A stretch of DNA of 64,000 nucleotides from Eledone cirrhosa (GCA_964016885.1 OZ024751.1:18724001-18788000), one strand, 5' to 3'. Positions 1 through 15,024 are shown, counted from the first letter of the stretch. Notes: generated by a model not told the origin, from the sequence alone. Numbers and translations: made by a program.

Positions 1-170
1 ATTGCATGATGATATTTGCTTTTGAAATGCGCACAATAAAATACATGGAACTCTTTTAACCATCTTTTGTTCTTATATATTATGTATACGCCAGTCCTAC
101 AAACTGTAGAGTGCTTCTTATCCGATATCTGCATTGCTTTATTGTACTACAATAAAAATCACCTCCTACA
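1..170 (+). mobile_element. Family F hammerhead cassette, 3' part (cut by window start): GAAA-UGCGCA-CA-AUAAAA plus tail
   Basis: 1-80 is the reverse complement of 16921-17000 and 35174-35250; 107-168 matches parts of 35344-35428; ends at (TA)n. Confidence 0.7.
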
Positions 171-171
171 T

Positions 172-211
<40 letters not shown>

Positions 212-307
212 ATGTGTGTGTATGTATATAAGTATGTATATATAGTTGAAGAAATGACATAACAAACACACGCAAAAACAAATTCTTACTAGTATCACGC
301 TTAGGAG

Positions 308-341
<34 letters not shown>

Positions 342-647
342 GAAACATGCATACATATTTATACCCAGATATATGAGCACGCACGAACTCACACAAACAC
401 ATACATATATATAATTTTTTTCAATAATAGATTTAGCGGATTTTATTTCACCAATATTGTTTACATGTTTGATTTTGTGAGTGTGTGAGTGTGAGTGTGT
501 GCGTGTGTGCGTTTATCATTTTATCTCTGAGTTCTGTTTTGCATATATCGAATTACCAATCCCTCTTCCCCACATGACTAAATGCTTTTCTGCCAATCGA
601 AGTACCCGCGCGTCCACCTGCTTAACTGTGTATACACAACCACCTGG

Positions 648-688
<41 letters not shown>

Positions 689-808
689 CACATACACACA
701 CACACATATATATATATATATATGTGCACACACACAACAAACACACACACATGTATATATATATATACACCTATATTTATGTATAAATATATACATATAT
801 ATATACAA

Positions 809-912
<104 letters not shown>

Positions 913-1349
913 GCCTACGTAGTTTGTTTATTGAAACTTCTCGTCTCCCAACCTAGCAACTTACCTATTCAATTGTATAATGAACTGTCTATACAAATAC
1001 ATGCTACCTACCTTGGGTAAATATCAAGGTAACTAGCTTCCTAGTCAGTGAGATAGACAAATAGCTCCGTATCAACATGCAACATACACATTCATATATC
1101 TATCTGTCTTATATAGTCGACATAACGCACACACACACACACACACACATGTATGTGTTTGACAGAGTGTACTTGGGATAAACCCATTCGTGTGTTGGTG
1201 GTTCTGTTGCATTTCATCTCTGGGTGCAAACATCGACTTCTTATGAGGTTGTGATGCAATCCTGTAGATGTTTCGCTACTTCCAATGTAACACCATAGCT
1301 AGATACACCACACACACATATATATATATACATATATTATATACAGTAT

Positions 1350-1450
1350 GTATGTCTTTGAAACAGCGAGCAAATTTGAAATAGAACCTTTCGCAGTATT
1401 TTTTGACTAAAGAAATTTTAGCCTGATAGTGGGGTTTAGAACCCTCTAAG
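1350..1450 (+). mobile_element. Family H repeat fragment
   Basis: GAAACAGCGAGC...TTTAGCCTGATAGTGGGGTTTAGAACCCTC also present at 16578-16890 and 41135-41345. Confidence 0.7.
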
Positions 1451-1542
1451 AAAAATTCGACAAAAGCCTCTATTTCTCATATATATAATATATATATTAT
1501 ATATATAAGAAATAGAGGCCTTTGTCGAATTTTTCTTATACA

Positions 1543-1591
<49 letters not shown>

Positions 1592-1829
1592 AATATAATT
1601 CAGCGAGAATCGTATTTCGGCTGGTAGAAAAAGCGAAACGAAACGCAAAATCGTAGAAATGCTGGCAAGCGCTCAATAGTTAAAAGTCCAGAGCTAAACA
1701 AACAATATGTTAAAACGCCATACAAACTGAAAAAGTGGTTAAGAAGGCAATGACCACCTAAGCCAAAAAACAAATCAAGCTAACCAGGTCAAACAAAATA
1801 AATGATAAAAACCTGGACCCAAATGGAAC

Positions 1830-2005
1830 TTTCCCGGGTTCAATCGGGGGTAACCACAGTAAGTAAGGTACACAATACAAAGCAGAGTATAGATATTTAA
1901 TATAGAAAAGGCTTCTACAGGACTAGAACTGTTTCATCAGGCTTCCTGATGATTTCTTCTGTATGAAACAGTTGTAGTCCTGTAGAAGCCTTTTCTATAT
2001 TAAAT
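1830..2005. mobile_element. Family B fold-back cassette with hammerhead-like core (CTGATGA..GAAAC)
   Basis: Inverted arms about 1892-1936 and 1962-2006; homologous to 51985-52182 and 29334-29410. Confidence 0.7.
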
Positions 2006-2591
2006 ATATATATATATCTGCTGTACTTCACTGCATGTTGAGATAAATTTAAATATAATATATACTAAAAAAAAACCTAAAATATTAGACTCGATGAGAA
2101 AATTTAAATTGTCTCTTATTAGTCGACAGAAACGGTATGAATCATCACATAACTTTTGGTCTTCTTAAACCTCTATTAACGAAAGAATACTTATCTTTAA
2201 TCTAAGGAGAGACTTGTAGTTTATAACTATTTATAGTGCCTAGAAATTAGGACAGTATTAAACTAAACATACTACTTTACCTGGCAATGCATGCGCTGTC
2301 ATCGTGAATTAATTAGTTAATTAATAGTGTGCTAAACAATAATGCATGCTTTTTTAATGGGACACACCAATTTCCATCTTGTCACGTAAAAATGTGACAA
2401 GCATACACTCTAACGTGATTGGCGTTAGGTAGAGCACGCTACCATTGCTACGAAGTCGAAACAGAGGATATGATCAAGAAATGTTCACTTGACCTTTCTA
2501 GACTCAGTAGGTAATAATCCGTCTAACCCATGCTGGCATAAAAATGTAGTCGTTAAATAGTGGTGATTAAGATGATAATGATATATATGTA

Positions 2592-2729
<138 letters not shown>

Positions 2730-2853
2730 CATACATACGGATTGATATGGAGTGAGTAATATATGTAAGTATATATATATATGTGTGTATGTATATGTAT
2801 GTATGTATATATATATATGTATGTATGTATACATATATATATATATATATTCA

Positions 2854-2884
<31 letters not shown>

Positions 2885-3584
2885 GCTTTCTTTTCATTCA
2901 TTTACACTCTTTGCTCTTTGTCTAACCGAGAAAGAATTAGAAAGTAACATAAAAATAAGGAAGAGCTGATCAACTAGAAATGAAGGGAGGAGTGGCAAAC
3001 ACAACACTAAGTCGAGTCTGGGGTGGTAAGGGAATATCTATCAAAACTTTGTTGATTTTGGCCCAAATTTTCTTGGCAAATATTTCACTTGTTTCCCCGA
3101 TTTGTTAGTCAAAATGAGGTTCCGTTAGATTTATATATTTAGTCAGTGTCTATCAGTGACTAGTTGTTCAATGCTTGAGCAAACATTCTTACGATCATTA
3201 TGATCTATCATATTATATTCTGCTTGTCACAGCGTTCATGTGCTCAAGTGTTACATTAAAGAAAAAGAAAACAAATAGAATTAACTATGGAACGATATCG
3301 ACGACATAATCTGAATCTTGAAACAGGAATATTTCTCACATACAAACAAGGTTATGATTATATATTTCATCGATCTCTATTTGTAACATTAGGCATAAAC
3401 AAACATTAAATTCAAACGCACGCACACACAGATTTATATATATATATATATATAAACATAGTTTAGCTTATGCCAAAGTCTCCATCGGCTAGAGTCCAAG
3501 CAAAGCTGATTTAGATATGTTTAGCTTTACTTCCATTGAAATGTCCAATATATTACTTTTTCTTTCTCCATGTTATATATATAC

Positions 3585-3640
<56 letters not shown>

Positions 3641-3815
3641 CATGCGGCATAGAGTTACGGCCTTTTACGTTTTGAGTTCAAATTCTGTCGATGTTAACTT
3701 TGCCTTCCACCCTCACATGTTCGATAAATAAAGCACAATTAATAAACTGGGATCGATGTAATCGACTTTCCCCTCAAAAGAAATGTGTTGGTCTTGTACC
3801 TAAATCAGATATTAT
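3641..3815 (+). mobile_element. tRNA-derived SINE, family 1 (degenerate)
   Basis: B-box GAGTTCAAAT followed by core AACTTTGCCTT..CGATAAA; same family as 50262-50446. Confidence 0.75.
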
Positions 3816-4678
3816 CATTAGTAATATGTGCTCAAACCGACACAAACTCTACATTGTAAGGTACTAAATATTCAATATATTTGATTTAATAGGGTCTTAA
3901 GTTAACAAAGTAATCTGTGTTAAAATTTACAAAAAAGTGCTCAAATTAAACTTTAAACACGCGACTGAAATCCCATTTCTAAGTGCAGATAATATTAAAT
4001 TTCAGTAGTTTTTTTATTTATTTATTTATTTATTTATTTTTTGTATTAAGTTAAAAATTAATTATTTTAATAATCCTCTCATATCTTAGTTTAATTTGTT
4101 CACACATTTTTGAATATATTTCCAAAGAGTATGTTGTATGGTTCTGTTTTAATTTTTAAAATAATCAAGAATCATTATTCTTGATTATTCTGAAAATTAA
4201 AACACAAGAGAAGTACATACTTGAAAATTCATTAAAAAAAATGTCAATAAATTAGAGTAAAATGGTGAAACGGAATGTGTTTGAGAGAGAGAGAGAGAGA
4301 GAGGTGGAGGTAGATATCTATTTAGATAAATAGATAGATAGATAGATATGTGGGTTTCTGAGTTTATAAACATACCGCGATAGAGTTTTGCATTTCATCC
4401 TTCTGGGAGCAGACATACGGGAAAAAAAAGATAAAAGAAGTACCAGTCAAATACAGGGGTTCGATTCAAGCAACAGTTGATTGCCCCCACCCTGCACACA
4501 CACACACACACACACGTATATGTATATGTACACACTCACACACATATATAATCAAATATATTTGTGGCCTTGGGTCTAAATGTGAGACAGTCTGTTAAAA
4601 TAACTTCACAAATGTATTCTCCTGACTATATTTATATTTGCTGTTGTTATTAACATTATCTCTCTTATTGTTATTATA

Positions 4679-4709
<31 letters not shown>

Positions 4710-4844
4710 TTTGCTCGTGTTATCATCATCATTTTTATTTGTTTTATTTCCGTCATTATTTATTCTTTACTTTTCTATCTTTTTTTTTCTTTTTAATTCA
4801 AATGTCTATATTTTAATATTTTCGTACATGTGTATATGGTGTAT

Positions 4845-5515
4845 ATGTGTATATATCTCTGCTTCTATGTATGTGTGTGTGTGTGTAGGTGAATGTGTGT
4901 GGGGAGAGGGTGTATGTATGTATCTCTGCTTCTGTATGTGTGTAGGTGTATATATGTATCTCTGCTTCTATGTGTGTGTGTGTGGGTGGGTGGGTGTCTG
5001 TATGTATCTCTGCTTCTGTATGTGTGTATGTGTGTGTGTAGGTGTGTATATGTATCACTGCTTCTGTGTGTGTGTATCTCTGCTTCTGTATGTGTGTATG
5101 TATCTCTGCTTCTGTATGTGCATGTGTATCTCTGCTTCTATATATATGTGTGTGTTATTGGGGGGGGGGTCTGTATGTATCTCAGCTTCTGTATGTGTGT
5201 ATGTGTGTTTGTGTAGGTGTATATATGTATATCTGCGTCTATGTATGTGTGTGTGTGTGTGTATCTGCTTCTGTATGTGCATGTGTGTATGTATCTCTGC
5301 TTCTGTATGTGTGTATGTATCTCTGCTGCTGTATGTGCATGTGTGTATGTATCTCTGCTTCTGTATGTGTGTATGTATCTCTGCTGCTGTATGTGCATGT
5401 GTGTATGTATCTCTCCTTCTATATATATGTGTATGTGCATGTGTGTATGGATCTGTCCTTCTTTATATATGTGTTTGTGTATGTGTGTATATATGAATCT
5501 CCACCTCTGTATGTG
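4845..5515. repeat. Degenerate minisatellite, about 26-bp unit GTATGTATCTCTGCTTCTGTATGTGT
   Basis: Recurrent TATCTCTGCTTCT core within a TG/TA microsatellite. Confidence 0.85.
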
Positions 5516-5710
5516 TGTATATTATCGCCGCCATATTATATTTTTGGTTTGATTTATTTATATTAAATGTTTTTTTCGTTTTGTTTATTTTTATTATACT
5601 ATTGTTTTATTGATTAGTTCATTCTGTCTGTCTGTCTGTCAACCCATCTTTCTTTCTCTCTTTCCCTCATTCTCTGATACACACACATGAAACACACACA
5701 CATACACATG

Positions 5711-5744
<34 letters not shown>

Positions 5745-5754
5745 CTCCATTTGA

Positions 5755-6240
5755 TATATATAATATATATATATATATATAATATAATATATATATATAT
5801 ATAATATATATATATATAATATATATATATAGAATATATAATATATATATATAGAATATATAATATATATATATATATAATATATATATATATATAATAT
5901 ATATATATATAATATATATATATAGAATATATAATATATATATATATAATATATATATATATAATATATATATATATAATATATAATATATATATATAAT
6001 ATATATATATATATATAATATATATATATATAATATAATATATAATATATATATAATATATAATATAATATATAATATATATATAATATATATATATATA
6101 TAATATATATAATATATATATATAATATATATTATATATATATAATATATATATATAATATATATTATATATATAATATATATATATAATATATATTATA
6201 TATATATATAATATATATATAATATATATTATATATATAT
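5755..6240. repeat. Almost pure A/T compound microsatellite (TA)nA
   Basis: Direct inspection. Confidence 0.95.
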
Positions 6241-6275
6241 ACTAAGATATTAAATAAATGGAAACAAACCATATT

Positions 6276-6340
6276 TATTTTATTATATATATTTCAAGGG
6301 CAACCAAGACAACATTGGTACACTTTCATCAGATAAAATA
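6276..6340 (-). ncRNA. Type I minimal hammerhead ribozyme, family C
   Basis: Minus strand: UAUUUUAU CUGAUGA AAG..ACCAA-loop-UUGGU..CUU GAAA UAUAUA UA AUAAAAUA; 8-bp helix I, palindromic helix III; cassette 6243-6413 flanked by (TA)n. Confidence 0.85.
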
Positions 6341-6411
6341 CAAAGTTTGCTTTATAAATAGAGATGTACCCATGAAAATCATACCTGATCGGTTGGCGAT
6401 TCACTGGATAG

Positions 6412-6469
<58 letters not shown>

Positions 6470-6786
6470 CTCCTTTTCTGTCCCTCTTTTTATACCTTCT
6501 CTACACACTTGACCATATATGGTAAACATCAAAACCTTCACCCATAACAATGGTCAAAGAATATTTGTTCCACATAACAGCACACATATTTATAATATTA
6601 AACTCTTTACTCCCACTCACTCCCACTCTCTCCCATTCTTTCCCACTCTCTACTATCAAACTAACTGGCTCTATATTATTCTACTGTTATTGTTATTTTA
6701 ACTTATTTACATTTATTTCAACGAAAATTCCATTGCTGAATCCTTCAGCGTAGGGAATAATCACTTCCACTATTCCACTAATATAG

Positions 6787-6874
6787 GCTTTCTGATGAAG
6801 TGTGATAAATAACTAAGTATTGTATATGAGACTATGTAGACTATTATAATAGACACAGAAACATATGTTAAAGC
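6787..6874 (+). ncRNA. Type I hammerhead ribozyme with large helix II loop, family T
   Basis: GCUUU CUGAUGA AGUGU..ACACA GAAA CAUAUG UU AAAGC then AAUAAA; A-A mismatch closes helix II. Confidence 0.75.
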
Positions 6875-6904
6875 AAATAAATTCCTAACCTCATTCACAC
6901 CGTT

Positions 6905-7018
<114 letters not shown>

Positions 7019-7195
7019 CAAAAATTGAACGGGAACAAAACAGAGAGGCAGTACGAACAAAGGTTTATTAGTTTCACGCTCTTGAGAGTGGGGTGGTGAT
7101 ATATATATATATATATGTTGTGTGTGTGTGAGTATATATGCCCTTAACACTGAAGACTTATACATGTTATCAACACACATACTTATGCACCTACT

Positions 7196-7284
<89 letters not shown>

Positions 7285-7428
7285 CACTGTTATTTCTTTT
7301 TCTTTCTTTTTTCCTTTTACTCACTCTCTACCTCTTTCTCTATTACTCTCTTTCTTTATATATATATATATATATAAATATTTATCGTCTTTTTTTTCTT
7401 TTTCTTCTTTCTGTCTCTCCCACAACAG

Positions 7429-7605
7429 CTGTCCAGCTCGTATGATAGCGTGGAGTCTGAACACCTTTCACAGCAAGGAGAAAATATGATCCCTTCATAC
7501 CTGGGTACACCATTATCTATTGACGACCTATCCCGGCACCCTAGCTCGATGTCATCTGATTTTGGCGGTTCCCCTTCGGAAATGTCTAGCCCGATTAGCC
7601 AATGA
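7429..7605 (+). CDS. Probable terminal coding exon of a host gene (LSSSYDSVESEHLSQQGENMIPSYLGTPLSIDDLSRHPSSMSSDFGGSPSEMSSPISQ*)
   Basis: Long polypyrimidine tract and CAG acceptor ending 7428; phase-0 frame of 58 codons to TGA 7603-7605; non-repetitive and GC-richer than flanks. Confidence 0.6.
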   Translation: MSSSYDSVESEHLSQQGENMIPSYLGTPLSIDDLSRHPSSMSSDFGGSPSEMSSPISQ

Positions 7606-8979
7606 CATTCATTTGTACATATTACAGACAGACATACATAAGTGTGCATATATATGTAAATATAGTTATTTATGTATATATACACACATACATACATATA
7701 TAAACATGTGTGTATTTATATACAATGACTTTATATATATATATATATATATATGCATATATAAATATTTATATGTGTAAATATTTATATATATATGTAT
7801 ACATATATGTATATATAAGTATTTGTATATGCATATAAATATATATGTATATATATATATATATATGTATACATATATATATATGTGTGTATAAATATAT
7901 GTATACATATATATATGTGTGTGTATAAATATATGTATACATTTATATATGTGTATATACATATATGTATATATATGTATACATTTATGTGTATATATGT
8001 ATATATATATATATATATGCATTCATTCGTGCGTGTATAAAATTTACTTAATTCTACTGCAGGTACAGTAATAAAAAGCAGAGATAATGCATATAAATAA
8101 CAATAAAGTTTTACTTAAACATAACAAATGACATTGAAAACATAATTCATTACACAACAAAGAAAGGATGACTGTAAGAAAGTATGGAAGGAAGAAATGA
8201 AGGAAGAAAAACGAGAAAATAATATGCAAATATTTAACAAAAATTTATTTAAAAAACACTTGAATGATAACATTTAAATGGAACAAGAAACTACACAGAA
8301 AATAATAAAATAAAAGAATTATTGCCCCAACATTCTTCCATACGTGTGAAGTGATCGGCTGTGTTTCTTTTTTGTTTTGTTTTATGAGTGAAACAGTTGA
8401 ATCTTGAGTCACTAATGACGTCGGTCTGTGTCAAATGATAAAATGGAAACAGTTACCCATCATGAGAGGATTGGAGAGTTTTGATGTTTCATGGCAAGGC
8501 TTTGGTTTCCTTTGATGAGGAACCTGTGCTCGAAACATCGAATCACTCCTCGTCTTGCTGCAAAGCCACTTATTCCACTTATAAGGATATGTTTGGACCC
8601 ATCTGGAAGGTAAAATAAAGACAACAAAATATTGAAAAAGGAGAAAGAGAGTTTAGTTGAAGAATTTATAACTACAGCCATATTATAAAAAAAGACTAAA
8701 ATAATTTATAGTCACAGGTTTATGTACGTATTAATGAAATTGATTGAATTGATTTAAATAATTTGTGATCGTCGAAGTAATTCTAGAATTATGTATGTGT
8801 GTATTTGACACTTACGTGGAGTTCATTCATTTACTACAAACTCACATAGTTCCATTTTCACTGCAAGATCTACCATAAGGAGCATCGCTAATACTAATAC
8901 TACTACTAACAATAACAACAACTGCTATTACTTCAGAGAAGCTGTGAAACATAAAGCCACCCTAGTAAAATATTAATTC

Positions 8980-9389
8980 ATTATCATCATAATCATCGCC
9001 ATTTTATTCATCATCATTATCATGAACTTCGTTATCATTAGCTTCATCATCATCATCATCATCATCATCACCGCAGCATGAGCGGTGGGAACAGGACCAA
9101 TAACACCAACAGTAAACATTGAACTTTAAGCGAGCAAAATACAAAGAAAAGCAACAACAATAACAAGACGGCATCAACAATATTAACAACAAAAATATCA
9201 ACCACTAGAACAAATATAACATCATTACCTAAACTGAGCCAACATTTGAGCCAATAATTGAGCCGCCCATGCGTAATCAGTGAACTTGAGCCACTAAAAG
9301 TATAACAGTTAACTCAACATTAAATAATCCTCACCATATTGTAAATACTGATTGTCCACATTAGTACTTAGATGAATGACTATCGCAAT

Positions 9390-9420
<31 letters not shown>

Positions 9421-9760
9421 GCAACTAAGCCTACACAATCAAGAATGAAAACAACATAAGGAAGAACAAATAGCAGTTGATTATAAAACAACAGCAACAA
9501 CAACAACATGAGATGATAAACAACTGCAATAATTACATCAACAAAACCAACAGTATTGTGATATTCGAAGTAACTAATCTTGTCTATTGTCTATTGAGTG
9601 ACTGAATTCTGTGTTGTATTGCTGTATTGACAACTCTCGTACCTTAAATGTGATTGTTCATCGTCATCATCTTCGCCATCAACACCATCATCATCATCAC
9701 TGACATCATCGTCAACATTATCATCATCATCGACATCATTATCAGCATAACGGCGGTTGT
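8980..9760. repeat. (ATC)n / (AAC)n trinucleotide-rich low-complexity region
   Basis: Direct inspection. Confidence 0.8.
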
Positions 9761-9815
9761 TGTGACATTCAATAAATAACAGCAACAAAGTCATTAATAA
9801 TATAATTAATGTATT

Positions 9816-9856
<41 letters not shown>

Positions 9857-9903
9857 ATTAACATTGTACTTTAGATTAAAGGTATAATACTAATCATAAT
9901 ATT

Positions 9904-9946
<43 letters not shown>

Positions 9947-10489
9947 GGTTAGTTCTGAAGCTACCATGTGGAAGGGAAGAATCATTAATACTACCACCAG
10001 CCTCACTACTACTACTACTGGAATAATATTACTGTGACATAAACAACAGAGTAACATAGAAGAATACAGTAATTTACCAATTTACAGAGCCTGCGATCTG
10101 TAATGTAATCTCGAGTAAAACAGGCTTTCCTTCGTAACAGCTTACATTTCACTCGGAACTTTCCATCACATACATCACTCACACTTCTTTCAGACGAATT
10201 TGTGGAATATTGTATCTAGATGAATAACCAAAGAATCGAAATAAAAAAAAAAGTGTCCAAAAATTTCAAGGCATAATAATACAAACAATAATAATAACAA
10301 CAGCAACAACGACAATAAAAGCAATTGTAACAATAATAATTTCTAACATAGCAATATAGACATTTATTTTTAGACGAGGCAGGGTGTCATGTCGAAAACT
10401 CGTAAGAGGGTGGACGATGACATGTCTCGTGTATGATTGGTGTTTGTCCGATTCTTCTTATCTTCTGAACACAAACAAATATTACTATT

Positions 10490-10945
10490 AATAATAATAA
10501 TGGTTTCTTTATTGGCCACAAGGACTAACATGAAGAAAAACATTACAGACGGCACAGAACGGTACAGGACGATACAAAGTGGGTTTTGGCCGTGTTAAAA
10601 GGTTATGACAAGAAAATAGAAATGTGTAAAAGCAAATTGAAAAATTCAAACAACAAAAATTCCCTAATAGGGAGGAAACCTCCAAGGGCACTCGTAGCGA
10701 AAACCATACAAAAGACCATGGCCACTATGACCACCAGGGCAAGTGCCCTCTTTCAGTTCTCCCACTCCTCAGTCTACAGGCGCATACTCAGAGCGGGCCC
10801 GTTCACTCGGACCAGACTCGCCACTTTCACCCACCTTTCAACAAACTTACTAGAAGACAGCACTTGCCTCTCTACCCTGATTTTGCTCTTCAAGTGAAAT
10901 TTGAAAAAGTTAATCAGGGATTCGCCGGAGAGGAAAGAATTCAAT
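10490..10945 (-). mobile_element. Probable LINE 3' end (Tx1/L1-like ORF2 C-terminus plus 3' UTR)
   Basis: ..LINFFKFHLKSKIRVERQVLSSSKFVERWVKV..* followed on minus by a UTR, AATAAA and an (ATT)n tract; clade from F-x-x-R-W style ending only. Confidence 0.5.
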
Positions 10946-11371
10946 GTCAAAGGAAACAGCAAAGATGTTAGAACTTTTCGCCCCAAGTGCATTGTTTGAT
11001 ATAACTACGAAGGAAATGGTGAGATGGAAATAATACTGAGGCTGTGACGTGAGAAGCAGATCTGAATATAAATACCTTTAGGAGAAACTTTTCTTTTTAT
11101 TATGCTGAGTTTACAGACGGCCATGCGTTGTTTTCACAACAAACCTTCAGGATTTGACATTCAATGTCATACTATGGGATTGATATAAAGAAAAAAAAAT
11201 AGAATGAAGCTGTAAGAACTGTCAACAACTGTTATAGAATGAACAATTGGGACAGTGAAATTGACCATAGCTATTTCTCTAGTCAAAACAACATCAACAA
11301 CAATAATACACAAAACCTTCAGCAAAAGCAGCAGATGGAATCGATCTAGTGCTCAAGGAAAAGTAAATCAG

Positions 11372-11404
<33 letters not shown>

Positions 11405-11547
11405 ATATATGTATCTATGTATGAATGTATCATAAGTTATTCGGCGGATGTTTTACTCAAAAAGAAACTCGTGAGTGTCAACTTTACGAAATAATACCGA
11501 CTCTTCACTTACACACACAAACACATACACACAGCTATATATATATT

Positions 11548-11598
<51 letters not shown>

Positions 11599-11694
11599 AT
11601 ATATATATATATATTTGTATATATATATATATATATGTATGTATAAATATGTATGTATAAATATATATAAATATATATATAAATATATATATAA

Positions 11695-11776
<82 letters not shown>

Positions 11777-12467
11777 GTACGAATGAATGTATATATGAAT
11801 TCGATCAACAGACATTAACACATTTATATATATGTATATACGGTGGAAGGTCTCGAGGAAAGGGCAGTGCCCACAGCCTTCATAGGTCCTCACTGACTGG
11901 ACACCTACAGGTACATCAACGCACACAGAAATGCATCGCTACATATTTACGCGTACGTCTTTAAGAGTTTGAAGCCCCAAATCTGGCTAACTGGAATCTC
12001 TTCACATAAATTTCGTTTGTTCGAGCCAAACAGTTCTTTGATTTGAACAAATTGTTATTTTAAAAAATAAGAAGGGAAAAAAAGTATATCCGATAAACTC
12101 ACCCCTACATTATTCCACGAAAATAGTATCCACCTTTTTCTCTCTCATAGTGTCTCTTCAAGTTCTCTCCTACACATACACACCCTATCAAATACTAAAA
12201 CTACAAGAATACTATACCACCAGCAACCAGCATAACGTCGTCCAAAATGTACTTTATATATTTTTTATATTAGACAGTGACTTAGGTATTTCATATAGAC
12301 ACCTCCATTCTACACACTTATATGGCTATATATATATATATATATATTTCCTCTCTCATAAAATTGTCTATGGGCTATCACACAAATATATATGGTAATG
12401 CTACAAAAATACAAAAACACAAAAACACATTGACACACGCACGAGTGTACATATATATATATATATA

Positions 12468-12630
12468 ATAAGAAAATACGAAATAGTTTCAGATGTTAAA
12501 GTCCTTTATTGATAAAGGACTTTAACATCTGAAACTACTTCGCATTTTCTTATTCTAAAGATACACCGGTTTTGCTATGTGGAAAAAATACGTCGAGTGC
12601 TTGAATTGAATTGCATCAATATTTACCGTA

Positions 12631-12632
<2 letters not shown>
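12468..12632 (+). mobile_element. Family J fold-back cassette
   Basis: Palindrome 12468-12554 centred on TTTAT-TG-ATAAA; hairpin followed by GAAAC; tail with GTCGAGTGCT; TA flanks. Confidence 0.65.
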
Positions 12633-12721
<89 letters not shown>

Positions 12722-12811
12722 CGTAAAATAAGAACATTTAAAAAAAATTTTAAAAAATTAACTTACTTACTAAAATTTTCACTCCAACTAATTAGTTTCT
12801 GCAATGGGAAA

Positions 12812-12847
<36 letters not shown>

Positions 12848-13083
12848 TGTGTGTGGAGGGATAGTTTGATAAATATATAGGTAAGTAGGAAGCTTATTAA
12901 TAGATAGATTATCCAGGACATAGACCATTTTATTGAAAACTAAAGAAGAAAGCGAGAGAGGAAAAGATAGAGAAACTAACAGAAACGGATGGAATTTTAA
13001 AATATATCAGAGAAAATATGGATATAGGATGAGAGAAGTAGGGCAAATATGCTACAAAACTAGTAATGAAAATGAAAACAGTA

Positions 13084-13126
<43 letters not shown>

Positions 13127-13132
13127 TATGTA

Positions 13133-13175
<43 letters not shown>

Positions 13176-13274
13176 ATATATATATATATATATGTGTATA
13201 TATATATATATATATGTGTATATATATATATATGTGTGTGTATATATATATATATGTGTGTGTATATATATATA

Positions 13275-13305
<31 letters not shown>

Positions 13306-13402
13306 GTGTGTATATATATATATATGTGTGTGTATATATATATATATATGTGTGTATATATATATACATGTGTGTGTATATATATATGTATATATTTATA
13401 TT

Positions 13403-13469
13403 TATTAAAATAACAGATTAAAGTTTAAGCAAAGAATCGCTGCTTTCACCCTTAACGGGATCTACTGAA
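13403..13469 (-). mobile_element. Family I cassette fragment (also 16469-16553, 25487-25573, 32171-32248, 38484-38610, 51684-51812, 62520-62562)
   Basis: Shared modules GATTCTTTGCTTAAACTTTAATCTGTTATTTTAATA and GGATTTTAGTCTTCAAATTTATTATTATTAC. Confidence 0.8.
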
Positions 13470-14376
13470 ATGTATATATATATATATATATATATGCATA
13501 TACATATATGTATTCAATTATATATATGTTTGTATATATATATATATATGAATGCATATATATATATATGTATGTATATATATATGCATGTGTATATATA
13601 TATATATAGTAAATGGCGTATATATATATATATATACACACACGTTATACAAATTTGGTTGCATATATATATGTATATCTTAATGTAATATCCAAAGCTG
13701 TCACAAACACAAACACAGATTAAAGCAACAGTCTTTGATCTGATATTAAAATATACATGTGTATATGATCTTAAGTAAATCGAGTGTGTGCTTTATGATG
13801 TATGATAAATAATGTCTATTTGCAAACGTATGCGTGTGTTTGTTTGCATGCGAATGTGTGTGTGTGTAAGCATAATTTTATATACATGTATATATGCCTG
13901 TATATGCCGGCCTACAAATGTGTATGACTAATGTATGCATATATTTATGAACGCAATCTCATATAGAATCTACACACATACCAGCGCAAATACAAACACA
14001 AACACCCTCTTTCTGCTATAAAAAACAAAACAAAACACAACAATTCAAATTACCGAAAAAAAGGTATAATAGATAAAGTAAACAATATAAATAAATTTGT
14101 AAATTAAACAAATAAAAGAATAAGAAAAAATATTCTTTGACAAAGCTTTGAAACTTTGTAAACTCTCCGAAACGTCAGCCAGTCAAAAGAAGTTCACAAA
14201 AAAAAAAAAAAAAAAAAGGAGAGAGATGAAAAATGAAAAGAAAATCAAAACAGTTCATGACTAAAAAGTCAGTCATGATTGATTATTTGTTTTGTATCGA
14301 ACTGAGAATTCGAGTAAGAGAAAGAAAAAATAGAACACTATGGATAGAAAAGAAATTGTAAAACTTTGTATGTGTA

Positions 14377-14421
<45 letters not shown>

Positions 14422-14632
14422 AGTGTGTGTGTGTGTATGTATATATGTTACATATATGTGTATATATATATATATATATATTATATGTACGCATATATAT
14501 ATATATATTATATATATAATATATATACATACATATATATTTATATATATATATAATATATTTTTATATATATATACTTAATGTATATATATGTTTATAT
14601 ATATATATATATGTTTATATACATATACTTAT

Positions 14633-14683
<51 letters not shown>

Positions 14684-14934
14684 TACATATATACATACAT
14701 ACATACATACATGTATGTATGTATATTGTGATGGAAATACAAAACAGAACATACAAAGACGTAAAAGACAGAATGTTCCAATGTTGGACATGGACCATAA
14801 TTAAAAGAAAAAATATAATGAATGAATTACAAAATGAAAAAAAAAGAACTAAAAATAAAATAAAATAAATTAATCAATCAACAACTTTTGTTTTTTTTTA
14901 TTGTTCCTTTATTAACGTATATGCTGTGTGTGTG

Positions 14935-14967
<33 letters not shown>

Positions 14968-15024
14968 ATGTGTGTAAGCATATATCATATCTATATCTAT
15001 ATATATATATATTTTTTTTTTTAA

